The notes: generated by a model from the letters alone, not told the origin. 39,349 nucleotides of DNA from an uncultured Candidatus Saccharibacteria bacterium (GCA_964489785.1 CAZAZY010000003.1:11174-50522), one strand, 5' to 3'; shown: positions 25,315-35,391, counted from the stretch's first letter. Program-made: numbers and translations.

Positions 25315-25340
25315 AAACCGCCAAAAGCGGTTTTTTTAAT
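25315..25340 (+). terminator. hairpin plus T-run with no listed upstream + strand gene
   Basis: AAACCGC-CAAAA-GCGGTTT-TTTT just upstream of the helicase gene. Confidence 0.5.
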
Positions 25341-25348
25341 ACAATATT

Positions 25349-27172
25349 ATGGAAAAATATAAACAAGAACTTATAGAACAGGTAAAATCGCATATTGGTT
25401 TTATAAAACAAAAAATTCAACAAAGATTGAATGATGTTACAGTATTGGCAAATACCAGCTTATCTCAGATCAGTAAAATGGCTCCAGCGGATCAGGTGGT
25501 ATATATGGATCTGCGCGCAAATGCACAAAAACGGGTAGTTGAACTGGATCATCTGGATGGATCACCGTATTTTATAAAATGTAAAATCATAACGGAACAG
25601 GGACAAGAAGAAGAATATTTCTTTGCTAAACATGAATTTTCTGAACAATCAATTTATTCTTGGGTTGCTCCGGTGGCGGCGATACGTTTTGAATCTCCCG
25701 GTCAGACTTCGTACAAACTTCCCAGTGGTAAAACAAAAACAATAACTATTAAACAAAAAGAACAGTATATGATTGTCGATGGTACATTACTGTTCTTTTC
25801 TTTGGAATCTGAAAACAAACCCCGCGAATTGATCTACCAAGAATATTTTACAAAACAAAAATCAGAATTTGCTCTTCCTGAAATTGTGGCTCAGATGGAA
25901 AAGGCACAAGATCAGGTTATTCGCGCACATCACCGGGGTCCGATGATTATTTCAGGACCCGCAGGTTCCGGAAAAACAACGTTGGCTTTGCACCGCGTGG
26001 CGTATCTGACCCAGGCACCTGATACTGCTGAATTGTATCCTCCACGTTCTATTGTTATTTTTGTACAAGATACTGGAACCAAAGATTATTTCTCGACCTT
26101 GTTACCAGGATTGGGAATACGAGATGTAACCATAACCACATTTTCAGAATGGGCATTTTTGGTATTGAATATGGCGGGATATACCTATGTCGAAAGATAC
26201 GGAGATAACGACGAAGAAAAAGATCTGTATGAATATCAAAAATTAAAAGCACTTCGAGAACATACCTCTTCTGTTTGGAGTAGAAATTATTTTACCGTGT
26301 TGTTTTCTCATTACGAAGATTATTTTTTAGCACAGAACAGTAAGCTATTTGCACGACAGAAAAAAGAGAAAAAACTGGATAGATTTGATTTGACCATTCT
26401 TTTGAAATTATATTTTGAAAAGTATAAAAAATTTGAAACAAAACGAGAATATCAAGTATGGGTAAAAGATAAACTGACCAACAGAACTGAAAATACATTG
26501 ATATCATATTCTTTGGTGATTGTAGATGAATTCCAAAACTATCTTCCCGAACAGTTACGTATTTTCAAAAATTGTTTACAAGAAAAAACACAATCTTCTG
26601 TATATGTGGGGGATATAGCTCAGCAGGTGAAACTGGGAACTATAAAAAATTGGAAAGATATTGACGAAGATGTTTCTTTGGAACGAAATATCCGACTGAA
26701 CAAGGTCTACAGAAATACAAAAAATATATTGGATTACATTCAAACATTGGGATATAGCATTGAAATACCTGATGGATTAAAACAGGGTCCGGTGGTTACT
26801 GAAAAAATTATAGATACCATTCCCGAAGAAATAGCATATATAAAAGAATATCTACCAACATATGAAAAGGGAAGTATTGGTATTCTGGCAAAGAATGATG
26901 CGTATCTGGGCGATTTTAGAAAAGAATTTGCAGATACAAAAAATATTCATGTACTGACTATGGTTGAATCACAAGGGGTAGAATTTGATATTGTATTTAT
27001 TGTGGGAATACACAAAGAAAGTTTCGAGGTCGTGTATCACGATGGCGCCTTGGCAGAATATATCGAAGAAAGAAAAAGAATACAAAAAGATATTTTGTAT
27101 GTGGCATTAACTCGTGCTATCACGGAACTTCATATTTTGGGTAGAGAAAAATTAAAACATTTTGTGAATTAA
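25349..27172 (+). CDS. SF1 UvrD-like helicase, HelD/helicase IV-like
   Basis: Walker A ISGPAGSGKTTLALHRVAYL, motif II VIVDEFQNY, VYVGDIAQQ, ESQGVEFDIVFIV and motif VI LYVALTRAITELHILG. N-terminal YSWVAPVAAIRF resembles the HelD WRAP motif. Confidence 0.75.
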   Translation: MEKYKQELIEQVKSHIGFIKQKIQQRLNDVTVLANTSLSQISKMAPADQVVYMDLRANAQKRVVELDHLDGSPYFIKCKIITEQGQEEEYFFAKHEFSEQSIYSWVAPVAAIRFESPGQTSYKLPSGKTKTITIKQKEQYMIVDGTLLFFSLESENKPRELIYQEYFTKQKSEFALPEIVAQMEKAQDQVIRAHHRGPMIISGPAGSGKTTLALHRVAYLTQAPDTAELYPPRSIVIFVQDTGTKDYFSTLLPGLGIRDVTITTFSEWAFLVLNMAGYTYVERYGDNDEEKDLYEYQKLKALREHTSSVWSRNYFTVLFSHYEDYFLAQNSKLFARQKKEKKLDRFDLTILLKLYFEKYKKFETKREYQVWVKDKLTNRTENTLISYSLVIVDEFQNYLPEQLRIFKNCLQEKTQSSVYVGDIAQQVKLGTIKNWKDIDEDVSLERNIRLNKVYRNTKNILDYIQTLGYSIEIPDGLKQGPVVTEKIIDTIPEEIAYIKEYLPTYEKGSIGILAKNDAYLGDFRKEFADTKNIHVLTMVESQGVEFDIVFIVGIHKESFEVVYHDGALAEYIEERKRIQKDILYVALTRAITELHILGREKLKHFVN

Positions 27173-27240
27173 TAGAGGGTGGGTTAGTAAGACCCTTGCT
27201 AAAAAGACGCCAGTATCTTTTTGTGCTAGTATGTAAATAT

Positions 27241-27588
27241 ATGGAGAATATAAAACCACAACAATCAGAAAAAGTATTATTAGATAGTCTGGCTATGGAT
27301 TTTCAAAATCTGGCGGTAAGTTTTCAAGAAAAAGGCGCTGGAGAAGATATATATACTTTGGCACGAACATTAATGGTTACTTTGCAAAGATTGGGACAAG
27401 CTAATCCTGATGAATCTAAAAAAATGCGAGAATATATCAAAGAAGAATCATTTACTATAAAAGAATTAATCAACCGAGCAATGCATTTTTCTACCGAAGG
27501 TGAATTAGAAAACATTAAAAAAGAAATGAATGAGCTGAATGTTCATATGCAACACAAGGGAATGCTGGATCATACTTCCGGAAATTAG
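27241..27588 (+). CDS. hypothetical protein (115 aa, helical)
   Basis: ORF downstream of the helicase. Start set at ATG 27241 rather than the TTG at 27196. Confidence 0.5.
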   Translation: MENIKPQQSEKVLLDSLAMDFQNLAVSFQEKGAGEDIYTLARTLMVTLQRLGQANPDESKKMREYIKEESFTIKELINRAMHFSTEGELENIKKEMNELNVHMQHKGMLDHTSGN

Positions 27589-27636
27589 TTTATTTATTAA
27601 AATATACTAAACATTACTTACTATTTAAATTATTAT

Positions 27637-27855
27637 ATGAATCAAAAAGCTTTTAATTATGTCACTGGTGCTATTTTCTGTGTTGTTGCAACATTACATC
27701 TGATACGTGCTATTTTGGGGTGGCAAGTATTTGTTGCGGAAACAGAAATTGTTGTAGGAGTTTCTGTAGTCGCATTTATTTGTGCATTATTGTTGGCATA
27801 TTCTGCTTTTGCGTTGAATAAAAAAGAACCAACTGAAAATAATAAAAATCTATAA
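27637..27855 (+). CDS. small membrane protein (2 TM)
   Basis: 72 aa with two hydrophobic helices, followed by a terminator. Confidence 0.55.
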   Translation: MNQKAFNYVTGAIFCVVATLHLIRAILGWQVFVAETEIVVGVSVVAFICALLLAYSAFALNKKEPTENNKNL

Positions 27856-27869
27856 TTAAGTATAAAAAA

Positions 27870-27910
27870 TAAAAAAGGTTGACGCACGATGTGTACGTCA
27901 ACCTCTTTGG
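27870..27910. terminator. bidirectional terminator
   Basis: AAAAAA-AGGTTGACGCAC-GATGT-GTACGTCAACCT-CTTT. The T-run is stronger on the minus strand. Confidence 0.75.
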
Positions 27911-27924
27911 TTGTTGGGATTGTC

Positions 27925-28353
27925 TTAGGTGACGATCCCTGATTTCTCTATGCCCAAGGCCCCCATGAATCCAACAATGCCGGAAAGAACGATTGCGTAA
28001 ACACGCAATTGATCAACCTGGAATGTCGTCATGTCCATCGAAAATGGAATTGGCATGACGATTGAAAAGGCACCAAGGAATATTAATACCATGCATACCG
28101 ACAGAATTCTGATTCCCAGATCAGTGAAAGAAAACCGTTCTCTTTCACCGGTATAGCCACCGTGGTAAGCCAATGACATAAATAGGGTTATGACCGGAAG
28201 ACCGCTGGTGACCATCATTGCCTTGAGCATGATGTTCGTCAACGCATGTACAAATGGTATTTCTGGCATCAGTGAGCAAAGGCAAACAAGAACAATGCTA
28301 CCAACAGCTGAAATTACTGCTGCGATTATCCAAAGGTTTTTCAACGTTTTCAT
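27925..28353 (-). CDS. hypothetical integral membrane protein (about 4 TM)
   Basis: 142 aa, hydrophobic throughout. Confidence 0.6.
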   Translation of the reverse strand: MKTLKNLWIIAAVISAVGSIVLVCLCSLMPEIPFVHALTNIMLKAMMVTSGLPVITLFMSLAYHGGYTGERERFSFTDLGIRILSVCMVLIFLGAFSIVMPIPFSMDMTTFQVDQLRVYAIVLSGIVGFMGALGIEKSGIVT

Positions 28354-28505
28354 GAGATGTATTTCAATTGTGAATGTCCAATGATTGACAGATATATGCG
28401 TTCACTGTCTAAATATATTATATCATATTTGTATAAGAAGTCAATATATGCTGATTATATCTTGTAATGAGATTATAAAGCACATATGTGTGCTATGATG
28501 AATGT

Positions 28506-29519
28506 ATGAATAAAAAAACCATACAATTTGTTGCAAGCTTGTCTTTAGTTGGTTTATTAGTTGTTGCGCCGGTTTCTTTGTTTGCCAATCATCGTGACTA
28601 CGATGGAGGTGATGGTTTTGGACGTGGTACATCAGACTGGCGTGATGGTAATAGTGAGATGCAGGAAAATATTGAAGACTTGGATTCTGATCCAGTAGAA
28701 GATATTTCCATACCTGTTTTGTTTGGGGTGTCATTAAAAAATCTTACAAGAAATTTTGGTGATCAGCGTGCAGCTCATTTACACGCAGGGTTAGATATTA
28801 TGGCTGTCGAAGGAACACCTATTGTTACCCCAACTGATGCCGTTGTAACCCGAATGGGTGATGGATCTGGGTCAGGTTTGTTCGTCGCTACTGCTGTACC
28901 TGGAGATGAATCATTTGTGTATATGCATCTCAGTGAACTTGCTGATATTGACGAAGGGGATGTATTAGAAGCAGGAGATCTTATTGGATATGTTGGACAC
29001 ACCGGTAACGCAGTTGCTGCTGCACCACATTTGCATTTTGAAATCCGGGATGAAGATGGGAATGCGATAGATCCTTATCCACGTTTGACCCAGGTGTTTG
29101 ATTTGGATGACACGATAGAATATCTTGAAAAAATTCTTGACGATGCAGATGATGAAGATGAATTGGCAGAATTTTTGGTGACAAAATTTCGATCAGTTTT
29201 TATCACCGCAATAGCACAAGATATTGATCTTCCTGACGCAATACAAGATGCAATGGGAAAAATAGTTGCCCCTGTTGTCGTGGTGTCGTATGGATCATCA
29301 ACTGGCACATTGCGTGTTGGGTCTCGGGGCCCTGAGGTTGTGATATTGCAAAATTTTCTTGTTAAAAAGGATGTTGGTTCTGCATCTCGTGTAGTTCCTG
29401 ACGGAGCGTTTGGTCCGATTACTCGGCAGGCATTGATTGATTATCAAGCATCAGTTGGGTTGGTTCCTGATGGTATTTATGGATCAAAATCAAAAGCGTA
29501 CGTTACTTCGCAGATGTAA
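28506..29519 (+). CDS. M23 (LytM) peptidase with C-terminal peptidoglycan-binding domain
   Basis: Signal-like N-terminus. M23 motifs HLHAGLDI and GHTGNAVAAAPHLHFEI. PG_binding_1-like GSRGPEVVILQNFL...DGAFGPITRQALIDYQ. Start set at MNKKT (28506). Confidence 0.88.
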   Translation: MNKKTIQFVASLSLVGLLVVAPVSLFANHRDYDGGDGFGRGTSDWRDGNSEMQENIEDLDSDPVEDISIPVLFGVSLKNLTRNFGDQRAAHLHAGLDIMAVEGTPIVTPTDAVVTRMGDGSGSGLFVATAVPGDESFVYMHLSELADIDEGDVLEAGDLIGYVGHTGNAVAAAPHLHFEIRDEDGNAIDPYPRLTQVFDLDDTIEYLEKILDDADDEDELAEFLVTKFRSVFITAIAQDIDLPDAIQDAMGKIVAPVVVVSYGSSTGTLRVGSRGPEVVILQNFLVKKDVGSASRVVPDGAFGPITRQALIDYQASVGLVPDGIYGSKSKAYVTSQM

Positions 29520-29545
29520 AGATTCTTTTTTAAATTTTATTATAA

Positions 29546-29577
29546 AAAGATTGTCCGTATCGGATGGTCTTTTTTTA
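29546..29577 (+). terminator. rho-independent terminator
   Basis: AGATTGTCCG-TAT-CGGATGGTCT with G-U pairs, followed by TTTTTT. Confidence 0.65.
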
Positions 29578-29619
29578 TTTGGAATAGAGGTTTGAGAAAA
29601 TGTGATATAGTATACGCAT

Positions 29620-29961
29620 ATGGCAACCATAGAAGATTTTGAAAAACTGGATATACGATTGGGAAAAATTGTTGAAGTAAATGATTTTCCCGAAGCGAAA
29701 AAACCTGCATTCCAATTGCGTATAGATTTTGGAGATATGTTGGGTATTAAAAACTCCAGCGCTCAGTTGGTTGGTGCCCACACCAAAGAAGAATTACTGG
29801 GGATGATGGTTCTTTGTGTGGTGAATTTTCCTCCACGTAAAATTGCTCATTTTACATCCGAAGTTTTAACACTGGGATTAGAAAATCACAATGGCGATGG
29901 TTGGGTTGTGATTACCGCTTCGCATCTGGATGCTGTGCGTATTGGAGATAGATTACAATAA
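29620..29961 (+). CDS. csaA: tRNA-binding domain protein CsaA
   Basis: FEKLDIRLGKIVEVNDFPEAKKPAFQLRIDFG is typical of the EMAP/CsaA OB-fold. Length 113 aa. Confidence 0.85.
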   Translation: MATIEDFEKLDIRLGKIVEVNDFPEAKKPAFQLRIDFGDMLGIKNSSAQLVGAHTKEELLGMMVLCVVNFPPRKIAHFTSEVLTLGLENHNGDGWVVITASHLDAVRIGDRLQ

Positions 29962-29971
29962 TTATTTTTTT

Positions 29972-31537
29972 GTGAATAACGAATCCTATATCTCAGCACA
30001 AAAACAGCAAATACGACATACGGTTGTTGGGTTTTTGTTATGGGGTGTTGGGGGGATGATGATGTATTTTTTTATGGTTGGGGTACCTGTCTCTACATAT
30101 GCTTTGCAATATCTTCCCGTTTCGCATAATCACGTAGTTGCATCTGTTGGGGATGCGGTGCTGGTCCAAGATATTCAATCTCGTATTTCTGAATTACCAG
30201 AAAAAGTTTTAGCATCAAATATATTCTTATCCGGCGCATGGGGGCAGGGAATTACGATGTTCCGTGGTAATCCATCACGAACATGGTATGGCGACAGTAG
30301 ATTGCCAACAGATCCACAGGTATTGTGGCGATATCCTGATACACCCATGTGTGCAGACAGTACCGATCAGGGTGTTGCAAAAAAATGGTGTGGCAACGGA
30401 TGGACAGGGCAACCCGTGGTGTACGTGCATGATGATATAGCAGAAATTATTTTTGGTGCATATGATAAACAGGTGCATTTTGTTGATGCAAAAACAGGTA
30501 TGGCAACGCGACCCGCATTTGCGACCGGGGATATTATCAAAGGTTCGGTGACACTGGATCCCGATGGATTTCCCCTGATATATTTTGGTTCTCGTGATAA
30601 TAAATTACGCATTGTATCTTTGGCAGAAAATACTCCACAAGAATTATGGTCTTTGGATTCTGCTGATTTACCTGGGATTTGGAATGATGATTGGGATTCT
30701 AATCCAGTGATTATCGATGACATAATGTATACAGGTGGGGAGAATGGTTGGTTTTTTGCAATACAATTAAACCGAAAAAAAGATGGAATGGGAAATGTAA
30801 CAGTTGATCCACAAATTGTATTTAGTACACCATCGTATGACGATGAACTGATTGCACAAGTGGGCAGAAATGTCAGTATCGAAAGTTCAGTCGCTGTACA
30901 TGATGACACTGTATATTTTGCAAATTCAGGTGGACGGATCATGGGATTTTCTATTCCTGGTATACAAACAGGAAATGCAGAACCGGTTTTTGATTATTGG
31001 GTCGGAGATGATACCGATGCAACGGTTGTCATAGACGAAGAGGGATTTTTATATGTAGCAATCCAAGAACAAAGATTAAATGAACGATCAAAAGAAATCG
31101 GACAACTGGTAAAATTAAATCCACGAAAAAAGAATCCACTAGTATGGAGCGTGCATATTCCATCAACAGAAACCGGAATCATGGGTGGGGTGTGGGCAAC
31201 GCCTGCATTGTATGAACATTATCTCTATGTACCAACAAACCCGGGAGAATTATTGGTAGTAGATACTGATACGGGAAAAATAGTTTGGCGAGATGCTATT
31301 GGTTGGCACGCGTGGTCATCGCCGATAATTTCACAAAATGAATTATTGGTTGCAACCTGCACGGGAACATTACGAAAATATTCTTTGAAAAATCCACGTA
31401 CACCTGATTTACTCTATGAATATAAAACACCGGGTGGAAATTGTATTGAATCCACTCCTGTGTTATGGGATGATGTGTTGTATATGGGTTCACGAGATGG
31501 ATATTTTTATAGCATAGGAAATAAAAAACATGAATAA
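29972..31537 (+). CDS. membrane-anchored PQQ-like beta-propeller repeat protein
   Basis: N-terminal TM (VVGFLLWGVGGMMMYFFMVGV), then repeated W/G-rich blades (GGRIMGF, GELLVVDTDTGKIVWR, GSRDGYFYSI). The start is uncertain: GTG 29972 is chosen to avoid overlapping csaA. Confidence 0.7.
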   Translation: MNNESYISAQKQQIRHTVVGFLLWGVGGMMMYFFMVGVPVSTYALQYLPVSHNHVVASVGDAVLVQDIQSRISELPEKVLASNIFLSGAWGQGITMFRGNPSRTWYGDSRLPTDPQVLWRYPDTPMCADSTDQGVAKKWCGNGWTGQPVVYVHDDIAEIIFGAYDKQVHFVDAKTGMATRPAFATGDIIKGSVTLDPDGFPLIYFGSRDNKLRIVSLAENTPQELWSLDSADLPGIWNDDWDSNPVIIDDIMYTGGENGWFFAIQLNRKKDGMGNVTVDPQIVFSTPSYDDELIAQVGRNVSIESSVAVHDDTVYFANSGGRIMGFSIPGIQTGNAEPVFDYWVGDDTDATVVIDEEGFLYVAIQEQRLNERSKEIGQLVKLNPRKKNPLVWSVHIPSTETGIMGGVWATPALYEHYLYVPTNPGELLVVDTDTGKIVWRDAIGWHAWSSPIISQNELLVATCTGTLRKYSLKNPRTPDLLYEYKTPGGNCIESTPVLWDDVLYMGSRDGYFYSIGNKKHE

Positions 31538-32021
31538 TCTGTTGGTAAAAAAGTTAAAAGAAAAAGGGATATTTGTACAAGGTGATTTTGTCTTACGAAA
31601 TGGCGAATCTTCGAATTATTACTGTGATATCAAAAAATCTTTGGGTGATCCAACACTGTTACAACATATTGTTCGTGCATTGTTACCATTGGTCCCATCA
31701 CAAACAACCTGTATCGCTGGTTTAGGATATGGTGGGATTACATTAGCATCTTTGGTTGCATACAAAAATAAATTACCGTTGGTATTGGTTCGCGATAAGG
31801 TAAAAGACCACGGTACGAAACAGGTAATCGATGGATATATCCCAAACAAAAAAGACGTCGTGTGTATTATCGATGATGTATTTACTACAGGCAGTAGTAT
31901 CAAAGATACAAAAGAAAAACTTTTTCCATTGGGGGTAAAATTTACAAAACCGGTTGTTGTTTTAAATCGATCAAAGAGCAAATCTATTATTTGTGTAATA
32001 AATAATAAAGATCTCAAATAA
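31530..32021 (+). CDS. pyrE: phosphoribosyltransferase, orotate PRTase-like (short)
   Basis: GDFVLRNGESSNYYCD and the PRPP-binding loop VVCIIDDVFTTGSS. It overlaps the upstream stop by 8 nt. Confidence 0.65.
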   Translation: MNNLLVKKLKEKGIFVQGDFVLRNGESSNYYCDIKKSLGDPTLLQHIVRALLPLVPSQTTCIAGLGYGGITLASLVAYKNKLPLVLVRDKVKDHGTKQVIDGYIPNKKDVVCIIDDVFTTGSSIKDTKEKLFPLGVKFTKPVVVLNRSKSKSIICVINNKDLK

Positions 32022-32207
32022 TTTATATGGCTGAATTCACTGAGCGATAAAAAGTGACGGAACAACAGGGGATTATAATCGCGGCGGGTCAGAAATGAAA
32101 AAGAAAATGTTAGAAGCAGAAAAAATACGGTAGATTGACATAATGTGTATAGTATGTAAGTATAGAATCAATTCTCATTGGGTCTTTTACATAAAACACA
32201 CATAAAG

Positions 32208-33290
32208 ATGCATTCGATCGACATGTTTTTACTGAATAAATTTCAATCTATTTCTGATTGGTTTCAGGAATGGTTTGGGATTAATAATTTTACCCTTGCA
32301 AGGATTTGCTTGGGTATTATTCCAATTTTAAGTGCGCTATACAAGGTGATATTTATGCTAAGGGAAAACAAGTTTAGTTTCCTTTTAATTATCACCTTTA
32401 TATTCATCTGTTTTATGCTTGGGATAGCTTATTTTATGTTTAACATGGCTGAACAAAGGTGTAATACACAATCTCAATTTGGGAATGCCTTAGCTGTTAG
32501 CTTATTTTCTGCAAGAATGGCGTATCTCTTTTTACTGATTATTCATTTGCCATTGATATTTTCCCAGGATGATCCGTTAAAAGGAGAAGTGTATAATTTC
32601 TGGTTTACTATGGGAAATATTATTTCAGCGATAGAAATTCTTTTTTGGTTGCTTATGATTTACTTTGCCTCCTGTACACCGAAACCATATAAAACCAGTA
32701 AAGTGAAGAAATGGTTAAAATCATTCGTTGAATCTGTACAGGCAACAGTTGCTGGAGTATTCAGTCCTGCTCCTGAATTAGCAACGGTACGTATTGGAAA
32801 AAATCGCAGAGTTGCACAAAGACCGATCCTGGCAACAGGGTCGGTTATTTTTTTTGAATTACTTTACTTTTTTATACTATTATTGTATTATGTGTATGAA
32901 CCAACATCTGTTCCCGTGGAAGAAAATACATTGAAAACATCGATCGAAGTACAGGAAATGACCTGTAAAGAATTTTTGAACACATTTTTGCCAAATAAAA
33001 CATCTGTGAAATACACTCAGGCAAGCATGTATTTCCATGAGCGTATTGCATCTGTTTATTTTGATCATTGGCCAACTGAGCCACTGAAAAGTGTTATTTT
33101 GCTATTGCAAAAAACACCACCAGAAGAAATGGTTGGATATCGTGGCGTTGGAATTGCCCGGTTTAATAATCTTATGGATGCATTTAAGCGTGCTGGGATT
33201 AATTTTGAAGACATTCCAGAATACAAAAAAATGCTGGATGCGGTCTTGAAAACTCCAAACCCTGTTATTAAAAAAGAGAAACGAAGATAA
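32208..33290 (+). CDS. hypothetical membrane protein with soluble C-terminal helix-hairpin-helix-like domain
   Basis: About 6 hydrophobic helices. The C-terminal GYRGVGIARFNNLMDAFKRAGI looks HhH-like. Confidence 0.55.
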   Translation: MHSIDMFLLNKFQSISDWFQEWFGINNFTLARICLGIIPILSALYKVIFMLRENKFSFLLIITFIFICFMLGIAYFMFNMAEQRCNTQSQFGNALAVSLFSARMAYLFLLIIHLPLIFSQDDPLKGEVYNFWFTMGNIISAIEILFWLLMIYFASCTPKPYKTSKVKKWLKSFVESVQATVAGVFSPAPELATVRIGKNRRVAQRPILATGSVIFFELLYFFILLLYYVYEPTSVPVEENTLKTSIEVQEMTCKEFLNTFLPNKTSVKYTQASMYFHERIASVYFDHWPTEPLKSVILLLQKTPPEEMVGYRGVGIARFNNLMDAFKRAGINFEDIPEYKKMLDAVLKTPNPVIKKEKRR

Positions 33291-33310
33291 TATTGTGCTT
33301 TTGCTCTAAC

Positions 33311-33343
33311 GACCAACCCCGGCAACTGGGTTGGTCATTTTTA
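33311..33343 (+). terminator. rho-independent terminator
   Basis: GACCAACCC-CGGCAACT-GGGTTGGTC-ATTTTT. Confidence 0.8.
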
Positions 33344-33400
33344 TTTATCCATTTTTTTATGGTATACTTTTTATATATTTACAAATAATACATATTCGTT

Positions 33401-34213
33401 ATGTCAGAAGAAAAGAATACAAAAACATCGTTACCTTCGCCAGTTGCATTAGTAAAAGAATCTTGGGCTACGTATACAGAACACATTTTGCGTTTTGTAA
33501 CATTAATGGCAATTCCATTTGTGACAGGAATGTTGGTGTTAGGAATATTTTTGGCCTTGGGTTGGATAACTGGTCCATCATTGATCATGGGAATTATCTT
33601 TTCAATCGTGTCAGTTTTGTTGATGATATTGATCCAGGTATGGGGACAGGTTGCTGTTATCATGGGTGTTATTCATGTACAAAAGAAACAAGATATCAAA
33701 ATTATCTATAAAGATGCATGGGGTGTTTTGGGTGTATTTTTTGGAACATCGTTGGTGTCTGCATTGGTAATCATGGGTGGAACATTTCTAGCCATCTTAC
33801 CTGGGATTTTCTTTGGAGGATTGGTTGCATTTTCAAGCTTTATTGTGTTAGAAGAAAAGAAAACTTTTTTTGAAGCATTGATGCAGAGCGCACGATATGT
33901 ATCTGGTCGTTGGTGGGCAGTGTTCGGACGTCTTTTGTTTTTGATCGCTATGGCAATGGTTGCATCTGATGGAACCGCATGGTTGTTTGGATTGATTTCT
34001 CCTATGGTAGGTGATTTGGTTTCAACCGGAATTTCATTTGCATTGGTACCGTTCTTTATTTTGTATGCATACAATATGTACACACATTTGAAACACACCT
34101 ATCATCCATCAGAAGAAAGTCGTTCTATCTCACGTCCATGGTTTGTTGGGTTGGCAACATTTGGTTTGTTGGCACCGATTGCTATGATTGTTATTGTACT
34201 ATTGCTAAAATAA
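33401..34213 (+). CDS. hypothetical polytopic membrane protein
   Basis: 270 aa with about 6 TM helices. Confidence 0.65.
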   Translation: MSEEKNTKTSLPSPVALVKESWATYTEHILRFVTLMAIPFVTGMLVLGIFLALGWITGPSLIMGIIFSIVSVLLMILIQVWGQVAVIMGVIHVQKKQDIKIIYKDAWGVLGVFFGTSLVSALVIMGGTFLAILPGIFFGGLVAFSSFIVLEEKKTFFEALMQSARYVSGRWWAVFGRLLFLIAMAMVASDGTAWLFGLISPMVGDLVSTGISFALVPFFILYAYNMYTHLKHTYHPSEESRSISRPWFVGLATFGLLAPIAMIVIVLLLK

Positions 34214-34230
34214 TATATACTAAAAGAGAT

Positions 34231-34262
34231 AAACAAAACCGGGACATGTCCCGGTTTTGTTT
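34231..34262. terminator. bidirectional terminator
   Basis: ACAAAACCGGGA-CATG-TCCCGGTTTTGT between convergent genes. Confidence 0.85.
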
Positions 34263-35340
34263 ATTCTTCGCCGTCTGGTTTGTCTAATAACAACGGTTCG
34301 ATATTGATTGCTTCGCCCGTGATACGAAGAACATCTTTGTCTACTTTTTTTAATTCTTTTGCAGATGCATTCCAATGGTTTACCACAGTACCCAATGCAT
34401 TACCCATTTTTGCATGATAGGTTTCGTAGGTTTGCAAATGTTTACCCAGTTCGCCAACACGTTTAATAATATGTACTGCCTGTTCTTCGATTTGTAATGC
34501 TTTTAATCCTTGTAATACTGTTTGTAAATAAGCCAAAAACGAAGTAGGAGAAACAATAATGACTTTGTATTTTGATGCTGCACGTTGAATAAGACTTTCT
34601 TCTTCGTCACGTAATGCACCAACGGTATTGGTTAGTAAATCATAATAGATTGCTTCGTGGGGAATAAACATAAATGCAAATTCCATAGTGCCTTTTGCTG
34701 GTTGGATATATTTTGCGGTTTCTGTAATTCGGTTTTTTAAATCGTTTACAAATATTTTTTCCAAACGTTCTTTTTCTTTCAAGTCGCTGGTTTCACTGAT
34801 ACGGTTATAATTTTCCAAAGAGAATTTTGAATCGATAGGAATAATTTTATCTTTTACCCGGACAATTGCATCAGGAATCAAATCATTTCCATTGTCATCT
34901 TTTCCCATTGCGTACTGCATTTCAAAACTGCCTGGCGGTAATGTGTTTTTCAATAATGTTTCCAAATAGTATTCACCCAATATGCCTCGTTGTTTTGGAT
35001 TTTTGAGAATGTCTTGCAAACTTTGTAATTGGTCCGTAAATGAAACAACCTGTTTGTTGGTTTCATCTAATTGGGTCAACCGTTCCGTTACATCACGAAT
35101 AATTTTTATTGATTCGCTGGATTGATGTTTTAATGATTCATACAGACCCTTGCTGGATTCGTGTAATTTAATATTTACCGATTCTTTGAGATCGTCCTGA
35201 CGGCGGATCAATTCATTGAGTTGTTGCATCATTAGTTGCGATGCGGTAGTATCTTCTGGTGGTTTTGCATTGCGTGTTACAATAAGATATACAACAGCGA
35301 TAATTACCAGACCTAATAAAATGATTGTTATAATTTCCAT
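34261..35340 (-). CDS. rmuC: DNA recombination protein RmuC
   Basis: N-terminal TM, a coiled coil, then the RmuC core QRGILGEYYLETLL...PDAIVRV.DKIIPIDSKF. Start set at MEIITI (35340). Confidence 0.85.
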   Translation of the reverse strand: MEIITIILLGLVIIAVVYLIVTRNAKPPEDTTASQLMMQQLNELIRRQDDLKESVNIKLHESSKGLYESLKHQSSESIKIIRDVTERLTQLDETNKQVVSFTDQLQSLQDILKNPKQRGILGEYYLETLLKNTLPPGSFEMQYAMGKDDNGNDLIPDAIVRVKDKIIPIDSKFSLENYNRISETSDLKEKERLEKIFVNDLKNRITETAKYIQPAKGTMEFAFMFIPHEAIYYDLLTNTVGALRDEEESLIQRAASKYKVIIVSPTSFLAYLQTVLQGLKALQIEEQAVHIIKRVGELGKHLQTYETYHAKMGNALGTVVNHWNASAKELKKVDKDVLRITGEAINIEPLLLDKPDGEE

Positions 35341-35391
35341 ATAGGTATAGTATATCAGGTAATAGCTATTCACGAAAATAAGACACAACAC

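Noticed and set aside
33331-33711. 126-aa + strand ORF
   Set aside because: It begins inside the terminator/promoter region after the upstream gene, and it overlaps the much better 270-aa membrane protein ORF (33401-34213) in another frame.
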